64,000 nucleotides of DNA from Macrostomum lignano. Its lineage: Eukaryota. Where the stretch lies: contig NIVC01002378.1 in assembly GCA_002269645.1 (NCBI GenBank), positions 115,541 through 179,540 on the forward strand, read 5' to 3'. The notes below the pieces were generated by a model. That model saw only the letters and a list, made by a program, of their open reading frames with translations. It was not told the DNA's origin and searched no databases. Position 1 is the first letter of the stretch, and every line of letters starts with the position of its first letter. This document shows positions 25,250 to 45,439 of this stretch, piece after piece. The position numbers were made by a program, and so were the translations under genes.

Positions 25250-27624
25250 ACACAGTTGTGGATCCGAGATCTGTTCCTTGGCAGTTCCTTAACGCTTTGA
25301 ATTGTGCCAGTAAGGCACTGGCCAGCGGTAAAGTTGTTGATACTGCGAATTCTGATAGATCCAGTCAGCTAATATTGTTAAAATCGAGTGCTCCTTTGCA
25401 AGACCCAAGATCTATTCCTTTGTCTAAGTCTGTTGCTGAGTCAAATGCAACGCAAGCTACTGCATCGACTGCTGCTTTCGTGTCGATGAATTTAGCTTCC
25501 GCTTCAACTACGAGTACTTCTTTATTGTCTAAGCTGGCATCAGCTTTTGTGCCAAAGCCGATGCAACCTTCTTCATTGACTACTGCTACCATACCGAAAC
25601 CGACAGTTCCAACACCAGCTTCTTCGTCAACTACTGCTTCCGCGTCGAAACTGACACCGGCTTCTTCGACTACTGCTTCCGCGTCAAGGTCGACACCAGC
25701 TTCCACATTGAAACCAACACCAGCTTCCACATCGAAACCAACACCAGCTTCCACATTGAAACCAACACCAGCTTCCACATTGAAACCAACACCAGCTTCC
25801 AAATTGAAACCAACACCAGCTTCCGCGTCGAGGCCAACACCAGCTTCCATATTGAAGACGACACCAGCTTCCGCGTCGACGCCGACACCAGCTTCCATAT
25901 TGAAGACGACACCAGCTTCCGCGTCGACGCCGACACCAGCTTCCATATTGAAGACGACACCAGCTTCCGCGTCGACGCCGACACCAGCTTCCGCGTCGAC
26001 GCCGACACCAGCTTCCAAATTGAAGCCTACACCAGCTTCCGCGTCAAGGCCAATATTAGATTCCACATTGAAGCCGACACCAGCTTCCACATTGAAACCA
26101 ACACCAGCTTCCGCGTCGAGGCCAACATCAGCTTCCACATTGAAGCCGACACCAGCTTCCACATTGAAGCCGACACCAGCTTCCACATTGAAGCCTACAC
26201 CAGCTTCCGCGTCAAGGCCAATATTAGATTCCACATTGAAGCCGACACCAGCTTCCACATTGAAGCCGACACCAGCTTCCACATTGAAGCCTACACCAGC
26301 TTCCGCGTCAAGGCCAACACCAGCTTCCACATTGAAGCTGACACCAGCTTCCACATTGAAGCCTACACCAGCTTCCGCGTCAAGGCCAACACCAGCTTCC
26401 ACATTGAAGCCGACACCAGCTTCCACATTGAAGCCTACACCAGCTTCCGCGTCAAGGCCAACACCAGCTTCCACATTGAAGCCGACACCAGCTTCCACAT
26501 TGAAGCCTACACCAGCTTCCGCGTCAAGGCCAACACCAGCTTCCACATTGAAGCCGACACCAGCTTCCACATTAAAGCCGACACCAGCTTCTACACTGAA
26601 GCCGACACCTGCTTCCAAATTAAAGCCGACATCAGTTTCAGCGTCGAGGCCGACACCAGCTTTAGTGTCAAGGCCAACACCAGCTTCCGCTTCGAGGTCG
26701 ACACCAGTTTCAGCGTCGGGGACGACACCAGCTTCCACATTGAAGCCGACGTCAGCTTCCACATTGAAGCCGACGTCAGCTTCCGCGTCGAGGCCGACAC
26801 CAGCTTACAAATTAAAGCCGACATCAGTTACAGCGTCAAGACCGACGCCAGCTTCCACACTGAAGCCGACTCAAGCTTCAGCGTCGAGGCAGACACCAGC
26901 TATAGCGTCAAGGCCAACACTAGCTTCCGCGTTGAGGCCGACACCAGTTTCAGCGTCGGGGCCGACACCAGCTTCCACATTGAAGCCGACGTCAGCTTCC
27001 GCGTCGAGGTCGACACCAGCTTCCGCGTCGAGGACGACACCAGCTTCCGCGTCGAGGCCGACACCAGCTTCCACGTTAAAGCCGACACCAGCTTCCGCGT
27101 CGAGGACGACACCAGCTTCCGCGTCGAGGACGACACCAGCTTCCGCATCGAATCAATCGCAGTCCAGTTGTACTTCAACTAGGGAAAATTGTTGCCTAAA
27201 ACGAAAATTACAAAATCCGCACCAAGCTCCATTTCCAAAACGTGCTGCATATTCGGCTTCTTTGATTTCATCCGAACAAACCTCGGATCCTTCACCGTCA
27301 AAGTCAAAAACATCTTCATCGCAGTATTCGAATCCCACTACCGAGTCGGAACAAGCAGAAAATTCAACGCCAAATTCAAAAAATCCTTCGCGTCGGACAC
27401 CAATTTCAAATGAGGATCAACAAGCAGCTTCCAGCGCAGAGCAGCAAGCAGCAGCTCAGCCGCAGGTCGACGCCTCAATGCAATGCGGACCATGGCGACC
27501 CCGGCAACAACATTTCATGCACTTTTCGCGATTTGGCCAACAGCCAACGGATAATCAATGGCATCGGCGGTGGGGAAATTATTGGCATTGGCCGCCTCGC
27601 TATCGTTGGCCGGGTCCTTACTAG
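25250..27624 (+). CDS. Long Pro/Thr/Ala/Ser-rich ORF built from 8-aa repeats (PASTLKPT / PASASRPT); probably a terminal exon
   Basis: About 790 open codons; 24-nt units vary mostly at third positions; unique N- and C-terminal flanks; TTTTTAG acceptor at 25243-25249; no ATG at the 5' end of the frame. Confidence 0.55.
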
Positions 27625-28204
27625 ATTCTTTATGCCTTCAGAATTTAGACGTGTCGCAATTTAGTCAAATGATTTGTTAAATACTTGTATCTCGACAGTA
27701 AATACGAGCTAGACTTACTTGTCTTCCTTTTCACGTATTTTTTGGTTTATTCTTCCTGTGCAAAAAAATGTAAATAGTCGAACGTGCTTTTAATCGGCAG
27801 GTTTATTTTGTATCTTAAAAATTTGATGCTCATATTTTATATACCTGCTTTACAATCAATTTAGTCTGTTTTCCTAGATTTTTCAATTTTTTATATTAAT
27901 ATCATATCAGCCTACATTTCAAACTACTTGTTCGTCCTATCAAATCGTTTTGAACAGTTTTTTTAAAGGCATGCTTTCTTTCAATCAAATATGCTTTTAT
28001 TTCTATGAAAGTTTCAACTTGGAGTCAGTGCTAATTACAATGGCTTTTATGTTTTTGTGCCCTTTAGCCTTGTATTAATGAAACATGTTAACTCTGCTAA
28101 TAGTTTTAGAACGTTCTTGTGCTTTAACAACCAAAATTAATAACTTCGTTCAAATATTGTTTTTATATTAAAAATCTTAAATAGTCTACTTTATTTGCTA
28201 GTGA

Positions 28205-29177
28205 CAAACCCGAGTGAGATTTGGGTGAGCAACAGAGAGTGAGACTTGAGTGAACAACAGAGAGTGAGACTTGAGTAAGCAACAGAGAGTGAGACTTGGG
28301 TGAGCAACAGAGAGTGAGACTTGGGTGAGCAACAGAGAGTGAGACTTGGGTGAGAAACAGAGTGAGACTTTAGTGAGCAACAGAGAGTGAGACTTGGGTG
28401 AGCAACAGAGAGTGAGACTTGGGTGAGAAACAGAGTGAGACTTTAGTGAGCAACAGAGAGAGACTTGAGTGAGCAACAGAGAGTGAGACTTGGGTGAGCA
28501 ACAGAGAGTGAGACTTGGGTGAGAAACAGAGTGAGACTTTAGTGAGCAACAGAGAGTGAGACTTGGGTGAGCAACAGAGAGTGAGACTTGGGTGAGAAAC
28601 AGAGTGAGACTTTAGTGAGCAACAGAGAGTGAGACTTGGGTGAGCAACAGAGAGTGAGACTTGGGTGAGAAACAGAGTGAGACTTTAGTGAGCAACAGAG
28701 AGAGACTTGAGTGAGCAACAGAGAGTGAGACTTGGGTGAGAAACAGTGAGTGAGACTTGAGTGAACAACAGAGAGTGAGACTTGAGTGAGCAACAGAGTG
28801 AGACTTGAGTGAGAAACAGAGTGAGACTTGAGTGAGAAACAGACAGTGAGACTTGAGTGAGAAACAGAGTGAGACTTGAGTGAGAAACAGACAGTGAGAC
28901 TTGAGTGAGCAACAGAGTGAGACTTGAGTGAGCAACAGACAGTGAGACTTGAGTGAGAAACAGAGTGAGACTTGAGTGAGAAACAGACAGTGAGACTTGA
29001 GTGAGAAACAGAGTGAGACTTGAGTGAGAAACAGACAGTGAGACTTAAGTGAGCAACAGAGTGAGACTTGGGTGAGCAACAGAGTGAGACTTGAGTGAGC
29101 AACAGAGTGAGACTTGGGTGAGCAACAGAGAGTGAGACTTGGGTGAGCAACAGAGTGAGACTTGAGTGAGCAACAGT
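28205..29177. repeat. 23-27-bp minisatellite (GAGTGAGACTTGGGTGAGCAACAGA)
   Basis: Tandem units ending ~170 bp upstream of the CEP63-like ATG. Confidence 0.95.
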
Positions 29178-29350
29178 TTAGATCTACTTAAACGAATAAT
29201 TGTTATGCTTTATTTCATTGACAACTTCTTAAATAATGTTTTCAGGCCACATGCACTCGCGTGTCAGTTTGTTAATCGGCCGTTTCTAAGAATCGCCATC
29301 AAGCAAAGGCCAAGTGTTATAAACCGATTCAAGTCCCTATTCCAATAGTC

Positions 29351-32300
29351 ATGAACAAAAGCTCTGAGGCGGAAGCCACAATGCTAGATTTAATGCCGAG
29401 CGCTTGCGAAGCGGAATTGCAGAATCTAATGTATCACATTGATCAGATGATTCAAAGCAAACGGGCCGAATGGGAACGCGAGTTGCAAACTGTTCAAACT
29501 CGGCTGGCTAGCAAAGAACGCGAGTGCGCCCTACTTCGCTCCGACCTTGGCGAGCAGTCCAAAGAGTTGGAAAGCCTTCGCCGACGCCTTTCTGACAGCG
29601 GTCGAAGCTCCGGAGAGCAAGTGGGTTTTAAGCCTGACTGATGCTTGAATTTGCTCGCGTTTACTTCTTGGCAAACTTTCACTTCAGCGTCAGCACTTTG
29701 TTATAACATAGGTTGTGACAGGGCGTTAAAATTAACATTTCTATGGCGCCAAAAACAAAATAAAGCATTAGGCCGTAAGCGCCACAAACAGCGTAGGATT
29801 TGGCGCCCACAAAGCGTAGCATTAGGCGCCACAAACAGAGTAGCATTAGGCGCCACAAACAGCGTAGGATTAGGCGCCACAAACAGCGTAGCATTAGGCG
29901 CCACAAACAGCGTAGGATTAGGCGCCCACAAAGCGTAGCATTAGGCGCCACAAACAGAGTAGCATTAGGCGCCACAAACAGCGTAGGATTAGGCGCCACA
30001 AACAGCGTAGCATTAGGCGCCACAAACAGCGTAGGATTAGGCGCCCACAAAGCGTAGCATTAGGCGCCACAAACAGAGTAGCATTAGGCGCCACAAACAG
30101 CGTAGGAATAGGCGCCACAAACAGCGTAGGATTAGGCGCCCACAAACAGCGTAGGATTAGGCGCCACAAACAGCGTAGCATTAGGCGCCACAAACAGCGT
30201 AGCATTAGGCGCCACAAACAACAACCTAGCATTAGGCGCCAGAAACAACAGCCTAGCATTAAGCGGCACAAAAATATCTGGAAAATTTCGCCTCTAATTG
30301 ACGCAATGTTTTGTGCATAAAAATGTGTTGAAATACTAACAATCCGAAATTATGACAGAATTAATATTCTATCTTAATTCAGGTTCAAGCCCTGCACAAA
30401 GAGCTCCTAGCCTTAGGCAAACAGCACGAACGACTGTGCAGAAATCATCGCAAACAGGAGCAGCAATTACAAAAAGAGGCCGCTGCGGCTAAGGCTCAAC
30501 TGCAGACTGAGACCGCCTCACTCGGCCAGCAATTGGCCGACTCGGCGGCCGAGAAACAGCGACTGCAGTGGGAACTGGCCGAGGTGCGGGCTCAGCGCGA
30601 CGGTTCGGACGAGAAACTGCAATTGATGCAGGACCAATCGGCCGCCTATGCCGACCAGCTGGAGAAGCGGAAACGACTGTCTGAGCAGGCTGAGGCCGCC
30701 CTGAAGCGGACGATTGAGCAGCTGGAGCATCAGCTGGAGAAGTCGAAGGATCAGCTTGAAAGTCAAGTAAATATTTATACTTATTAAATGGGTCTTCTAT
30801 GTCTTGACCTGATTGCCTTGCCTTACCACATTCCCGCGTTTTGAAATTTGGTGCTCGAATTCAGATCCTCAGTTGCTGGGCCAGCCTCCCAGATCCTCAG
30901 TTGCTGGGCCAGCCTCCCAGAGTGTCAGTTACTGGGCCAGCCTCCCAGAGTGTCAGTTGCTGGGCCAGCCTCCCAGAGTGTCAGTTACTGGGCCAGCCTC
31001 TCAGATCCTCAGTTGCTGAGCCACCCTCCCAGATCCCTAGATCCTCAAAATTGCTGGGCCAACCTCCCAGATCCTCAGTAGCTGGGCCTTCCTTCCAGAT
31101 CCTCAGTAGCTGGGCCTTTCTTCCAGATCCTCAGTAGCTGGGCCATCCTTCCAGATCCTCAGTAGCTGGGCCTTCCTTCCAGATCCTCAGTTGCTGAGCC
31201 ACCTCCCAGATCCTCAGTTGCTGAGCCACCCTCCCAGATCCCTAGATCCTCAGAATTGCTGGGCCAACCTCCCAGATCCTCAGTAGCTGGGCCTTCCTTC
31301 CAGATCCTCAGTTGCTGGGCCGCCACCCATTCCTATCATTCGCAGTCCTCATCTGCAGCCAAGCTGAAGTCTCGCTTAGCCGAAAGCTCGGCCGCTTGTT
31401 GCGAATTGACCGAGGAAAAAGAGCGCTTAGAATCGGAGCTGCAATCGGCGCGCAAGTCCACTCAACGGGCCGAGGTGGAAGCCTCCCGACTGGCCATGGA
31501 GCTGCGGGCCAGGGAGGCCGAACTTCGCGAATTGCATAGGTTAGAACTGAGCATTGCGAGTCGCTTTGGTTGCCCTTTCTTAGTATTTTCGACTCTAAAA
31601 ATTGTACACAAAAATGACGGTCCATGCGCATCGAAGCTACTGAAATTTGACTGCGAATGTTGCTCAGTAGTATCTTCAATGTTTTTCAGTGCAAATTATC
31701 AAAATCCCGATGTTATTGTGATAAATTTTAACTAAGAGCGTACTTTTGTTAGTAGTATAGTATCTTGCAGCATTAATAGAAATTTTTACGCACAAAATTA
31801 ATCAATAAAATTAAGCAAACTCTACTTACAGTAGTAAAGTAAACGTTTTTCTCAAATACGTTGTCAAATGCACAGCAGCGCCTGGGACAAAGTGTCGGCC
31901 AATCCGGACATCTGCCGAGGCGATCGCGGCTGCCAGACTGAGCTGACGAGCTCAGAGCTCGGTCGACTAGCCGACGAATTGGACTCGTTGCGATCGCGAG
32001 TTCGCGACCTCGCCCAGCGGGAGCGACAAACTGCCGAAGAGGCCGACACCGCCCGCGCCGACGCCGAGGCCGAGGCCGACCAGCTAAGGCGCCAATGCCG
32101 CGAACTCGGCGCCGAATTGGAGTCGGTGCGCGCCGCCTCCACGGCCAGACGAGACGCCGACCGGGCCCAGCTTGACGGACTGCGGGAGGCGCTGGCCGGC
32201 TTGGAGGCTCAAATCTCTGGCGTGACCGCCCAGCGAGACTGCCAAGTTGACAGGCTGGCGACGGCTGAACGGCGGGCCGCCGCCGCTGCGGACGAAGTTG

Positions 32301-33562
32301 AAAGATGCCAGGTCTGCGGCTGCTCTCACCCATTCCTGCTCCAATCCCACACATTCCTGCTCCAATCCCACCCATTCCTGCTCCAATCCCACCCATTCCT
32401 GCTCCAATCCCACCCATTCCTGCTCCAATCCCACCCATTCCTGCTCCAATCCCACCCATTCCTTGTCCAATCTCACCCATTCCTGCTCCAATCCCACCCA
32501 TTCCTGCTCCAATCCCACCCATTCCTGCTCCAATCCCACCCATTCCTGCTCCAATCCCACCCATTCCTGCTCCAATCTCACCCATTCCTGCTCCAATCCC
32601 ACCCATTCCTTGTCCAATCTCACCCATTCCTGCTCCAATCCCACCCATTCCTTGTCCAATCTCACCCATTCCTGCTCCAATCCCACCCATTCCTGCTCCA
32701 ATCCCACCCATTCCTGCTCCAATCCCACCCATTCCTTGTCCAATCTCACCCATTCCTGCTCCAATCCCACTCATTCCATTCCTTGTCCAATCTCACCTAT
32801 TGTCCAATCTCACCCTTCTTCGTTCAGTCTCATCCTGCTGGACTAATTCTGAATGAGGAAGAATGGGTCTAATCTCATCCACACTTCGTCCAGTCAGACC
32901 TATTCCTGATCCAATCTCATCGCCACCCATTCTTTTCTTCGAATATCATACTTCACTCTATTCTCACTCCGTGTTTTCCACTATTCTCACCCAATCAAGT
33001 TTCACTTAATCTATGTATCTCCAATCTCACCTGTTCCTCACCGTCACCAACTGTTTTAACACTCCAGGTTGAGCTAGGCGCCGTAACAGCTCAATTAGAA
33101 GCGCTTCGCTTAGAGAACTCTCAACTCCGCTCCGGTCGTTGCATCGGCGCCTCCGCCACCGCCACCAGCGGCTTGGAGGTGCAGCGTCAGGACTGGCAGT
33201 CGGAGCGCCGCAGCCTACTACAGCGGCTGGCCGCCGCCGAGGCCAGAGCCGACCGAGCCGAATCGGAGAACCGGATGCTGTCCAGCCTAATTGGCGACGA
33301 TACCGACTTCGAAGACTATTACGACGATCGTCGGAACGCTACAGACGCTAAGGAGTCAGTTGTTCGACGAATCGATGGTCACGTGACCGAGTTGAAACGT
33401 CAAACCGACCTAGTATTGAGCGAGGCTACTCAGCATAGTCGAACTAGACAGCAGCTGGCTTTGCCTTCGGCCACTCTGTCAACTGACGCCGCCGCTGTCG
33501 CATCGACTCCTCTAGCTAGTGGGCATCCTCTGCCGCAGATGAGAAAGCTAGTTTTCTCATAG
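29351..33562 (+). CDS. CEP63: CEP63/DEUP1-family centriolar coiled-coil protein, 5 exons, 592 aa
   Basis: N-terminal [26 protein letters not shown] matches the CEP63 motif [26 protein letters not shown]. Exons 29351-29620, 30383-30766, 31346-31539, 31876-32311, 33068-33562 are all GT-AG and phase-consistent (1779 nt). Confidence 0.88.
29775..30265. repeat. 24-bp minisatellite in CEP63-like intron 1 (TAGGCGCCACAAACAGCGTAGCAT)
   Basis: Tandem units. Confidence 0.93.
30862..31320. repeat. 28-bp minisatellite in CEP63-like intron 2 (CAGATCCTCAGTTGCTGGGCCAGCCTCC)
   Basis: Tandem units; same family as 40247-40785. Confidence 0.93.
32325..32800. repeat. 21-bp minisatellite in CEP63-like intron 4 (CCCACCCATTCCTGCTCCAAT)
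   Basis: Tandem units directly after the exon 4 donor. Confidence 0.95.
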
Positions 33563-34309
33563 TAGATTTATCCTAGGATAAAAATGTATTTTACTACTAC
33601 TTTGACTACTGTAAGTAGCGCACCGAGTTTATGGTCAGAGTTTTTTTGTATATAGATAGGGTTTTTCTTGGTTTTGTCGTAAAATTCGGCAGTTATTTGC
33701 ACACGATATGCCCAGCAGTTAGTAGGCTATAAGCGGCAATTTTTTATTTAGGTTGCATCTAAGATAGCGATTGGCCTAGCTAGTGTCATTCGAATCCAAA
33801 TGCTTTGCCGTGAATTCCCTAAGTTCACAAAAAATTTGTAATGTTTTTAGCTTGTAATTCTGTGCACATGTGTGCGTGCATTGTCTGCTAAAACTTTCTC
33901 AAATTAAACAATTTAAAACGAATTTTTGTTATAATCATTCCTATAATTTTGCATTCATTTAGCTAACTATATTTGTTTATCTTTTTCGATTGTATAAACC
34001 TCTATTCCTGTATTACTGTAATGTGCTTTGTATCACTTAACACCCATATAGAGATGTTATTAATTTGCACCTTATAAGTCTGTACCGGCTATGCTCAAAA
34101 TTTTGTGATGTTTACTTTTTATTTTATGTGTAGTTAATTGGTAGCAACTAATTATTATTGTAAATATTGCTTTATACATTGTAATATATGTCTGCGCGAG
34201 AAACAGGTCGGAATTCGCTCAACTTCTTAGCTTTTTATTATGCAATCAAAGTTTTATTTTTACTGTTTAGTCTCAATTTTCTGTTGGCTAGATACAGTAA
34301 CTTTTGCAA

Positions 34310-36118
34310 TTACCACATGAGCAATAAACCATCGGAGCAATACCCCATGAGCCATTAACCATCGGAGCAATTCCCCCTGAGCCATTAACCATCGGAGCAA
34401 TTCCCCCTGAGCCATTAACCATCGGAGCAATTCCCCACGAGTAATTAACCATCGGAGCAATTCCCCATGAGCCATTAACCATCGGAGCAATTCCCCACGA
34501 GTAATTAACCATCGGAGCAATACCCCATGAGCCATTAACCATCGGAGCAATTCCCCCTGAGCCATTAACCATCGGAGCAATTCCCCCTGAGCCATTAACC
34601 ATCGGAGCAATTCCCCCTGAGCCATTAACCATCGGAGCAATTCCCCATGAGCCATTAACCATCGGAGCAATTCCCCCTGAGCCATTAACCATAGGAGCAA
34701 TTCCCCCTGAGCCATTAACCATCGGAGCAATTCCCCCTGAGCCATTAACCATAGGAGCAATTCCCCCTGAGCCATTAACCATAGGAGCAATTCCCCCTGA
34801 GCCATTAACCATCGGAGCAATTCCCCATGAGCCATTAACTATCGGAGCAATTCCCCATGAGCAATAAACCATCGGAGCAATTCCCCCTGAGCCATTAACC
34901 ATCGGAGCAATTCCCCTGAGCCATTAACCATCGGAGCAATTCCCCCCGAACCATTAACCATCGGAGCAATTCCCCACGAGTAATTAACTATCGGAGCAAT
35001 ACCCCATGATTCATTAACCATCGGAGCAATTCCCCATGATTCATTAACCATCGGAGCAATACCCCATGAGTAATTAACCATCGGAGCAATACCCCATGAT
35101 TCATTAACCATCGGAGCAATTCCCCATGATTCATTAACCATCGGAGCAATACCCCATGAGTAATTAACCATCGGAGCAATTCCCCATGAATCATTAACCA
35201 TCGGAGCAATACCCTATGAGTAATTAACCATCGGAGCAATTCCCCACGAGTAATTAACTATCGGAGCAATACCCCATGAGTAATTAACCATCGGAGCAAT
35301 TCCCCATGAGTCATTAACCATGGGAGCAATACCCCATGAGTAATTAACCATCGGAGCAATTCCCCATGAGTCATTAACCATCGGAGCAATTCCCTATGAG
35401 TAATTAACCATTGGAGCAATTCCCCATGATTAATTAACCATCGGAGCAATTCCCCATGAGTAATTAACCATTGGAGCAATTCCCCATGATTAATTAACCA
35501 TCGGAGCAATTCCCCATGAGTAATTAACCATTGGAGCAATTCCCCATGAGTCATTAACCATTGGAGCAATTCCCCATGAGTAATTAACCATCGGAGCAAT
35601 TCCCCATGAGTAATTAACCATTGGAGCAATTCCCCATGAGTAATTAACCATTGGAGCAATTCCCCACGAGTAATTAACTATCGGAGCAATTCCCCATGAT
35701 TCATTAACCATCGGAGCAATTCCCCATGATTCATTAACCATCGGAGAAATACCCCATGATTCATTAACCATCGGAGCAATTTCCCATGAGTCATTAACCA
35801 TCGGAGCAATACCCCATGAGTAATTAACCATCGGAGCAATTCCCCATGAGTCATTAACCATCGGAGCAATACCCTATGAGTAATTAACCATCGGAGCAAT
35901 ACCCCATGATTCATTAACCATCGGAGCAATTCCCCATGATTCATTAACCATCGGAGCAATACCCCATGAGTAATTAACCATCGAAGCAATTCCCCATGAG
36001 TCATTAACCATCGGAGCAATACCCCATGAGTCATTAACCATCGGAGCAATTCCCTATGAGTCATTAACCATCGGAGCAATTCCCCATGAGTCATTAACCA
36101 TCAGAGCAATTCCCTATG
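34310..36118. repeat. 30-bp minisatellite (GAGCAATTCCCCATGAGTAATTAACCATCG), ~60 units
   Basis: Tandem units between the CEP63-like and COX18-like genes. Confidence 0.97.
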
Positions 36119-36280
36119 ACCCTGTTAAGACAAAAACGCACAAGTGAAGCTTACCAGTTACATACAAAGTTTAGTCTAGTATTCAATGATAAACAATACT
36201 CTACAAAACTCAATACTAGCAATTTGGATATTCATTCGGATCAATCCATCAATAAATCAATATTTCTGTCACTCAATTGC

Positions 36281-37811
36281 TTGAATAGCTTTGCCCGCCA
36301 AGGCCGGCGCTTGCTGCTTGCTACTGGCAGCAACAGGTCACAGCTGCTGCAACAGCATCAGCGTCGTCTACTGTCATCAGATCCCAGCTGGTTGAACACC
36401 CTGCTGACAGTCTGCCTGTCGCCTGAACACTGGCATATTCGCTGTCTGTCCGGCTGTTTCTCATTCGGCTCGGACAGTCTCGGCCTGTCCTGGTGCTCCA
36501 GCATCGCTCTGGGCACTGTTGCCATACGCACTGCGGCAGCTGTTGCGCCGCCCGCACTGGCCAGAGCTCTGACTAGGCAGCCTTGGTTTCGATACGAATT
36601 GAAACAGAAAGCTAGGGAATGCGACCAGCGTTTGACGCTGTTGGCCGCTTACGAGGCTAGAAGAAGGTGATGCAATCTTAGTTTATCTGTGTCCTGTTAT
36701 CTCTATTCATGTGTACATAACAGGCCATTGTCTCTCATAGGTCAGTACATACCAGACCCTTGTCACTCCTAGGTTAGTACACAAGAGACTCTTGTCACTC
36801 CTTGGTAAATTACATTACAGACCCTTGTCACTCCTTGGTAAATACATTACAGACCCTTGTCACTCCTTGGTAAATTACATTACAGACCCTTGTCACTCCT
36901 AGGTTAGTACACAAGATACCCTAATTTGTCACTACTTATTCAGTACATACCAGACCCTTGTCACTCCTTGGTTAGTACACAAGAGACCCTTGTCACTCCT
37001 TGGTAAATTACATTACAGACCCTTGTCACTCCTTGGTTTGTACACAAGAGACCCTTGTCACTCCTTGGTAAATTACATTACAGACCCTTGTCACTCCTTG
37101 GTTTGTACTTAACAGACCCTTGTCACAATTTCTCATTTGCTTATTTTCTCGTATAGCAGACGCAAGTATATATGCAGAAGCATATATTAAAGACCCTTGA
37201 TTTACATTACAGACCATGTTCACACACAAATACTATATTGACAGGAGCCTGTTCAGATGAAAGTTTTAAATCCCAAATCCTTAATCGCCAACACTCGCAG
37301 GTCCTGGAGCCTCGCCGAACGGGACTCCCACCTCAGACAGCTGCGCTCCGAATCTGTCGAACTTCGCCAATTAGCGGCCAAATTCGCAGCCCTACAGGTC
37401 GTCATCGGTTTGAGCTCGGCCGCCCTACAAGCTGGCGTGTTCGTCTGTTCTAGCGCCGCTATCCGCGCCCTGTGCGGCGCCATTCCTAGCCCGATTAACC
37501 CAGCCTGGCTCTGCCTACCAGATCCCTACTGCGCCCTGCCATTGGCCACTGTAGCCTTAAATATATTCAACTACCTGCTGCCGAATCGGGGCCTGCCTAA
37601 ACAGTCAATTCCACTGCCAGCCGGTCTGCCCTCGATACCGCCCGCTGTTCTCACTGGCCTGGTAGCCGGTGCCAATGCTTTACTGTTGTACATTGGAGCT
37701 TATTACGCGCCGGCTAGCGTAGCTCTGTATTGGCTGTGCTCAGCTATGCATCAGGCTGCTCTGCTAGGCGGTTTGGCGGCGTTTCAACGATTTAAATCTA
37801 CTACTAATTAG
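36281..37811 (+). CDS. COX18: Divergent COX18/OXA1 (YidC/Oxa1/Alb3) mitochondrial insertase, at least 2 exons; start unresolved
   Basis: LGLSWCSSIALGTVAIR, LQAGVFVCSSAAIRALC, PDPYCALPLATVALN and APASVALYWLCS match COX18 motifs (GLPWWGSILLSTVALR, IQLPMWIFMSFALRNL, PDSTWILPISVGVIN, VPSSIVLYWLCS). Donor at 36667 and acceptor at 37300 are phase-2 compatible. Arg-rich presequence-like N-terminus. Confidence 0.75.
36745..37128. repeat. 33-bp minisatellite in the COX18-like intron (CAGACCCTTGTCACTCCTTGGTAAATTACATTA)
   Basis: Tandem units with two alternating variants. Confidence 0.9.
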
Positions 37812-38136
37812 TAGCGTAGCTTAGATAGAATTGCATTTTTTTGCATATTGGATTTGTAGCTTTTATTAAGTACATACTGTCATTGTTGATGATTTTGATG
37901 GAGCAGCTCCTCGTTGATCTACTAAATTTATGTATTTTGTGTTTGTACTTTTTATGCATAGCTAATCTGTAATAACTTATTAAGACTTTATCTACAGATT
38001 TATTGTATAATCTATCGAAATTTCAGCCTACTTGGTCCGCATCTACCTACTTATATTAACAGCAGAGAAGTGATAAAATACGCATAAGTTTCGAAAGTTT
38101 AGATTTTGTTTTCAAAAGCGAAAAAAGTTAACAATA

Positions 38137-44607
<6,471 letters not shown>

Positions 44608-45439
44608 GCAGAATTGGCTGAGAAACAAATTGTTAAAAAAGCAAATATTACTTTATCATTTTTGTTGGTTTATCTTTTTTTGCCAATTCGGCAACTCGCT
44701 CGTTTCTTCACTTTTAATGTTTTTTTTTCCAATCCAGTTGTTTCTTTCATTGTTGTCGTTTTCTTTTTATTTTTTTGCAGCTAAAAGTTCAATAAGATTG
44801 CATTTTTCTATACTTTCTACTTTAGTAGTCTTACTATATTCAGTAATATATTAAGAGGTTTGTTAGCATTTTTCTCTAGAATCACTCAAATCGCACGTAT
44901 TTTCAAAACGGCTTTTTTTGAAACCGTTTTACAAACAGTTTTTGCTTAGATAAAAATATCGGGCTTTTATTGCCACGGGTGCTCAATTTAGTTTAATAAT
45001 AATCGCGCTATTTCTGGTCTCGTTTCAGTTTGTTTCCAGTTTCCTGTTTTTACTATATATTACCATTTTTATATTGCCGCGCAATTTTCCTTCGCCATCT
45101 GCTTGTAGCCGGCATTTTATATTTATACTCAGAGTAGAATTAGAAGTCTACTGTTTATCATTAAAGTCTCACGGATATCCAGCCAATTATATATTCTAAT
45201 CCTGGTTCTCTCTGTTCAGCCGAACAGTCTCTGCGCTTTGTTGGCCAGAGTGGGTTAATCGGGTTAAAGTGTTTATTTACTAGTAGTAGATTATTTATTC
45301 ATTTTTTAAACTAAACCTTTGGTTAATGAGCCTCAATGGATGCTAATTTAATATCCTGACATGACTCCGCATGCTGGGAATGTCTATGGCCAAAAGCCCA
45401 CTGATTCAGTGCGAAGTCAACTTGCGGGCCGAAATAAAT

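Noticed and set aside
25365-26762. 465-aa minus-strand EAGVGFNV-repeat ORF
   Set aside because: Antisense shadow of the PTPAS repeat; the + frame is longer and extends into unique sequence on both sides.
11250-28200. The whole AT-rich block plus the two orphan ORFs as one giant transposon (Polinton/Helitron-like)
   Set aside because: No terminal repeats, TSD or hallmark genes (PolB, integrase, Rep/helicase, capsid) were found; left as an open question.
36116-36280. ATG 36116 as the COX18 start
   Set aside because: It lies in the last minisatellite unit and would put ~55 residues unlike a presequence ahead of the Arg-rich targeting-like segment.
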